Source: Thermoplasmata archaeon | GTDB lineage: Archaea > Thermoplasmatota > Thermoplasmata > UBA10834 > DTMW01 | NCBI GenBank assembly: GCA_038852105.1 | Contig: JAWCKK010000003.1 | Location: 68,819 to 132,818, forward strand | Direction: 5' to 3' | Length of the DNA stretch: 64,000 nt | Shown here: positions 59,889 through 64,000 of the stretch, one piece after another | Position numbering within the stretch: position 1 is the first letter of the stretch | How the letters are laid out: each line of letters starts with the position of its first letter | Position numbers and translations under genes: made by a program | Notes under the pieces: model-generated | What the model saw: only the letters and a program-made list of their open reading frames with translations | Databases searched by the model: none | What the model was told of the DNA's origin: nothing

Positions 59889-60839
59889 TCATCTGGTGAT
59901 ATGTGTACCTTCGCCTTTCGTGACGGAGGCCTCGAGTTTTGCCAGCGAGGTTATGATGGCTTCCTCCCCTTTATGTTCCAGGAACCTGATAGCAGCCACG
60001 ATTTTCGGGGCCATCGAACCTTTTCCGAAGTGCCCCTCTTTCAGGTACGTCTTTGCGCCTTCTAGCGTCATATGCTTTATCGGCCTCTGCTGAGGCGTCC
60101 CGTAGTTCAGGTAGGCGTAGTCGACATCGGTGAGCATGATGAAAAGCTTCTCCTCGATGTCTATTGCCAGCCTGCACGCCGCCAAATCCTTGTCGACAAC
60201 CGCTTCTACGCCGATGTACTTCCCGTCCTTTCTTATAACAGGGATGCCGCCGCCCCCGCAGGCGATTATCAGCTCCACCTGGTGCTCCCCTCCGAAAATC
60301 AGCCTCCGCATCGCGCGCGACTCGACGATTCTTTTCGGGGCGGGAGATGGCACCAGCCTTCGGTATCCGTCTTGGTCTGCCTCGTATCCGAATACCCAGC
60401 CCTTCTCCTTGGAGAATCTTTCCGCTTCCTCTCGAGTGTAATACATCCCGACGGGCTTCGTCGGGGTGTTGAAGGCAGGGTCATCCTCGTCAACTACGAC
60501 TTGGGTCAGTACGGATATGGCGATCTTGTTGATGTTCCGTTTCGCGAGCTCGTTGGTGAGCGATTGCTGCAGCATGTATCCGATCAAGCCCTGGCTTTCC
60601 GCGACCAGCGCATCTAGCGGCATCTCGGGGACTTCCTTCCTGCAGAGCTCATTCTGCAGCAGTATGTTTCCCACCTGGGGTCCGTTTCCGTGAGTGAGAA
60701 CAATGTCGTAATCCATCTGAATCAAATCGACCAGCTGCTTCGCAGTCTCTTTCAGTCTCTCCATTTGATTTTCGAATGTGAGCTTCTTGCCAGGAGCTAT
60801 CAATGCGTTCCCGCCGATTGCGACCACGGCCGTCTTCAT
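59889..60839 (-). CDS. arcC: Carbamate kinase
   Basis: VVAIGGNAL N-terminus, GNGPQVG, and C-terminal GGGGIPV typical of the carbamate kinase / amino acid kinase family. Start at the internal ATG (MKTAVV). Confidence 0.9.
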   Translation of the reverse strand: MKTAVVAIGGNALIAPGKKLTFENQMERLKETAKQLVDLIQMDYDIVLTHGNGPQVGNILLQNELCRKEVPEMPLDALVAESQGLIGYMLQQSLTNELAKRNINKIAISVLTQVVVDEDDPAFNTPTKPVGMYYTREEAERFSKEKGWVFGYEADQDGYRRLVPSPAPKRIVESRAMRRLIFGGEHQVELIIACGGGGIPVIRKDGKYIGVEAVVDKDLAACRLAIDIEEKLFIMLTDVDYAYLNYGTPQQRPIKHMTLEGAKTYLKEGHFGKGSMAPKIVAAIRFLEHKGEEAIITSLAKLEASVTKGEGTHITR

Positions 60840-60984
60840 GCTGAGCCCCCTTGACTGTATCCTGAATGGGCTCACGAGTTTATTTGTATATGGTGTTTTG
60901 ATTCAAACAACAGTCTGGCGACCACTAGCATTTTTCGGGTTCCAATCGCCATCTTTATTACGAAGCGATGTTTTGGAGCCCTCG

Positions 60985-62013
60985 ATGGCGGAAGACATCA
61001 AACCTGTCACAGAATTGAAGTCCGAGCGACCTTTGAGCATGCTTGAAAGAATACGGAAAAGCAAGTTCAAGTTCCTTCTCATCATATCGATCGCATGCCT
61101 GGTCTTCACGCCTTTCGCATCGGTTGACCTTTGTCTCTCCGGGGCGATTCTGTCCGTCGCGTTGATTATCCTGTTCTGGCTGTTCCAGGAAAACAACATA
61201 TGGCATCAGCTGGGGATCGGCGTGGTCGCATTCTGTTTGGCAGCATTGATAATGTCCGCGATATTCATCGGATATCTGACGACCGAGCCCGATGAGCAGC
61301 TCCAGAGCATTGAATCCACCACTAACCCGAAGCTCAGTAACGGGCACGTCGCGCCGTTCCGTGGGAACGAAGATACGCTCTTCAACTACACGATTTCCGT
61401 GAGAGCCAACTCGAACTCGGCCAATATTTCCGCCCATGTCATAATCGTGGAGGATGTTTTCTTCACTTACGGCACCGAACGAAATGAAACGATGCACTCA
61501 TATTCCAGTTATTCTCCGGACAACAGTTCCTGGGTATTCAACTTCTCATACACTACCCATTTGACAAAAATGATCAACAGCTATATGTTCAATGTCAGCG
61601 TCGACGGCATCTGGTACCAGGCGGGAATTCCCACAGAGGGCGGGATTCAATTCGGTTACGGACCGGTCACATCCGATACGATGGCAATTTTCGGGAACGT
61701 AGCGCAGGCATTCACTATGTATCTCTTCGTCTACTCATTCATGCCGTTCCTGATATTGGTTCTATTCTATAGGTTCTCGATAAAATCAAAGGACGCGAGA
61801 ACGAAGATGCTCGAGGAGTACAAGCGTCTTAAGGCAGAGAAGGCCGGACAGCCTCTTCTTGAAAAGCCGAAAGAAGAAACATTCGTCTGCTCCGAGTGCG
61901 GCGCCGAGGTACAGGCAAGCGCGAAGTTCTGCCCGAATTGCGGAGAGCCGTTCGAAGAAGAGGAGTCGCCCGAACCTAAGACCAGCCAGTCGAAAGAGGC
62001 GAAAAAGGATTAG
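60985..62013 (+). CDS. Membrane protein with a C-terminal zinc ribbon
   Basis: Several hydrophobic helices, then CSECGAEVQASAKFCPNCG and an acidic tail. Start at the internal ATG (MAEDIKP). Confidence 0.45.
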   Translation: MAEDIKPVTELKSERPLSMLERIRKSKFKFLLIISIACLVFTPFASVDLCLSGAILSVALIILFWLFQENNIWHQLGIGVVAFCLAALIMSAIFIGYLTTEPDEQLQSIESTTNPKLSNGHVAPFRGNEDTLFNYTISVRANSNSANISAHVIIVEDVFFTYGTERNETMHSYSSYSPDNSSWVFNFSYTTHLTKMINSYMFNVSVDGIWYQAGIPTEGGIQFGYGPVTSDTMAIFGNVAQAFTMYLFVYSFMPFLILVLFYRFSIKSKDARTKMLEEYKRLKAEKAGQPLLEKPKEETFVCSECGAEVQASAKFCPNCGEPFEEEESPEPKTSQSKEAKKD

Positions 62014-62128
62014 TCATTCTGGCTTTTGATACTCACGAGAAATTTATTTAATATGAATCGAATTATGGAACGGGATGCATTCGTAGAATATTGACAGCAT
62101 CTTTGGATTGCCAGTCGGAGGTCTATCT

Positions 62129-64000
62129 GTGTCTATCGCCGAAGAGATGGCAAAGAAACAGAAAGAAATCTCAGTAGCCGAGTTCTTCGAGAAGAACAAG
62201 CACATACTCGGTTTCGACTCGCAGACGCGGGCGCTCATCACCGCCGTCAAGGAGGCGGTCGATAACTCATTGGACGCATGCGAGGAAGCCGGGGTCCTGC
62301 CAGAATTATTGATCGAGGTCAAGAAGATAGATCAGAGCGACTTCCAGGTAACGATCGAAGACAACGGCCCGGGAATAGTCAAGAAACAGATTCCGAACGT
62401 CTTCGCGCGACTGTTGTATGGGTCCAGATTTCATTCCATCAGGCAGGCGAGAGGCCAGCAGGGGATAGGAATATCGGCAGTAGTGATGTATGCCCAGCTG
62501 ACGTCAGGAAAGTACGCGAAGATATGGTCCAAGACGGCCGGAGCGCACGCGGCCAATTATTTCGAACTCAGGCTGGACACGAAGAAGAACCTGCCGGAGA
62601 TAATCAAGGAGGATTTCGTCATCTGGGAAAAGGAGCACGGCACGAAGATCCAGGTCCAGCTGAAGGGAAAGTACGTCACTGGCAAACAATCGATAATAGA
62701 ATATCTGAAAGGTACTGCCATCGTCAATCCCCATGCTAGGATAACCTATATCCCCCCTGAGGGTCCGAAGGTAGTATTCGAGCGCGCAACGGAGAATATG
62801 CCTCCTCAGACGAGGGAAATCAAGCCGCACCCCGAGGGGATAGAGCTTGGAGAATTATTGAGCATGGCTAAGGACACAAGGTCGGACAAGATGTCGAGCT
62901 TTCTAGTGGAGGATTTCTCCAGGATATCCAATAGGGTGGCAAGGGAAATCCTCGAGAAGGCCGGGATATCCTTCAGTAAACGCCCGAAAGACCTTACGGT
63001 CGATGAGGCGAAAAAGATACTCGAAGCAATCAAGCAGACGAAGATAATGGCTCCGGAGACGGACTGCCTGAGCCCGATAGGCCCGGCACTTATAAAGAAG
63101 GGTCTCAGGAACGTGCTCGGTGATTTGCGGGCGGACTTCTACGCGCCTCCAGTTACCAGAGAGCCGAAGGTGTATGCCGGGAACCCGTTCGTCGTAGAGG
63201 TAGGTATTGTATACGGTGGGGAGCTGAACAAGGAGGAGCCGGTTCAGATATTGAGGTTCGCGAACAGGGTCCCGCTGATGTACCAGCAGGGAGCCTGCGT
63301 GATAACGAAAGCGATTGAATCGATCGACTGGAGGCGATACGGGCTCGAACAGAGAGGAGGCCAAGGGATACCTTACGGGCCGGCGATAATCCTGGTCCAC
63401 GTCGCATCGACCAAGATACCGTTCACGTCGGAGTCGAAAGAGGCGATAGCGGAGATCGAGGAGATAAAGCAGGAGATCGAGCTGGCGCTCAAGGCATGCG
63501 GCAGGAGTCTGAAAACGCATCTCGGCAAGGTGCGCAAGAGGGAAAAGACCCGATTGAAGTTCGAGATTGTCGCCGAGATATTGCCGAAAATCGCGGAGAA
63601 GAGCGCGAAGATAGTCAGGAAGCCGGTTCCAAAACTGGGTGGCACTATCACGAAGATAATGAACATTGTCTGGATTGACGATAAGATCGAATACGAAGGG
63701 AAGAGACACAAGGTCACGATCAATGTCTACAACTATACCCCGACAGGAAAAACCATGGAAATCGTTGTCGTTCTGCCGAACAACGGTGCGAAGCTCGTCA
63801 GGGCAAAGCCCGAACCTGAAATTGAGAAGGACGGTCAGGTGCTTTGCTGGCCGATCAGGAAACTCGGATCTACGGAGGTCGAGGAGATAAAGTTCGAGAT
63901 ATCGGGTCTCGACAAGGATGCATATGACGAGAACGAGATATATGTCAGCGGCCTCGACCCAGTATACGTGATCGGCGCCGAGCCTCTGCCGGGCGATTGG
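62129..64000 (+). CDS. top6B: DNA topoisomerase VI subunit B (3' end beyond the window)
   Basis: Found by manual translation; it is not in the ORF track because there is no stop within the window. GHKL Bergerat ATPase motifs ([38 protein letters not shown]). GTG start 8 nt after GGAGG. Confidence 0.9.
   Translation, partial: MSIAEEMAKKQKEISVAEFFEKNKHILGFDSQTRALITAVKEAVDNSLDACEEAGVLPELLIEVKKIDQSDFQVTIEDNGPGIVKKQIPNVFARLLYGSRFHSIRQARGQQGIGISAVVMYAQLTSGKYAKIWSKTAGAHAANYFELRLDTKKNLPEIIKEDFVIWEKEHGTKIQVQLKGKYVTGKQSIIEYLKGTAIVNPHARITYIPPEGPKVVFERATENMPPQTREIKPHPEGIELGELLSMAKDTRSDKMSSFLVEDFSRISNRVAREILEKAGISFSKRPKDLTVDEAKKILEAIKQTKIMAPETDCLSPIGPALIKKGLRNVLGDLRADFYAPPVTREPKVYAGNPFVVEVGIVYGGELNKEEPVQILRFANRVPLMYQQGACVITKAIESIDWRRYGLEQRGGQGIPYGPAIILVHVASTKIPFTSESKEAIAEIEEIKQEIELALKACGRSLKTHLGKVRKREKTRLKFEIVAEILPKIAEKSAKIVRKPVPKLGGTITKIMNIVWIDDKIEYEGKRHKVTINVYNYTPTGKTMEIVVVLPNNGAKLVRAKPEPEIEKDGQVLCWPIRKLGSTEVEEIKFEISGLDKDAYDENEIYVSGLDPVYVIGAEPLPGDW

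Noticed and set aside
62278-62739. 153-aa plus-strand ORF at the start of the top6B region
   Set aside because: It lies in a different frame from the well-conserved top6B reading frame. Top6B itself was not in the track only because it lacks a stop within the window.

Overview
Archaeal chromosomal segment that looks Thermoplasmatota-like: the 16S rRNA gene is dispersed from other rRNA genes, the operons are archaeal in type, and the lipid genes are of the tetraether kind. Recognisable content:
- A lipid cluster at the 5' end: a 5'-truncated radical SAM protein, a 4Fe-4S ferredoxin and geranylgeranyl reductase.
- A 16-kb ribosomal protein superoperon on the minus strand (uL3 through uL15, then secY, a DUF106 YidC-like protein, cmk and cbf5). 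It includes three genes the ORF track misses because they are under 60 aa: uS14, rpoP, and a frameshifted KEOPS pcc1.
- The archaeal exosome/proteasome superoperon (pop5, psmA, SBDS, rrp4, rrp41, rrp42, eL43, rpoP, pcc1, pfdB).
- Two divergently arranged FtsZ paralogs, next to a membrane protein with many zinc ribbons.
- tyrS, nnr, srp19, eS8, an aIF2-beta gene fused to a TRAM domain, pyrG, a 1.2-kb sensor kinase with several GAF domains, and three metallophosphoesterases.
- Two tandem Kelch-repeat surface proteins.
- A stand-alone 16S rRNA gene.
- Two tandem MttB-superfamily methyltransferases with no pyrrolysine codon.
- A DRG GTPase, carbamate kinase and the 5' part of topoisomerase VI subunit B.

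I found no CRISPR array, tRNA or obvious mobile element. The most unusual items are:
- A 105-nt element that is about 95% conserved. It follows both Kelch genes and abuts the 3' end of the 16S gene, while a decayed relic of a 16S 3' end follows the first copy.
- A protein combining a membrane anchor, a long coiled coil and a degenerate KaiC-like ATPase domain, lying convergent with a PAS histidine kinase.
- The orphan pair of MttB paralogs.
- The aIF2-beta–TRAM fusion.
- The split pcc1 gene.
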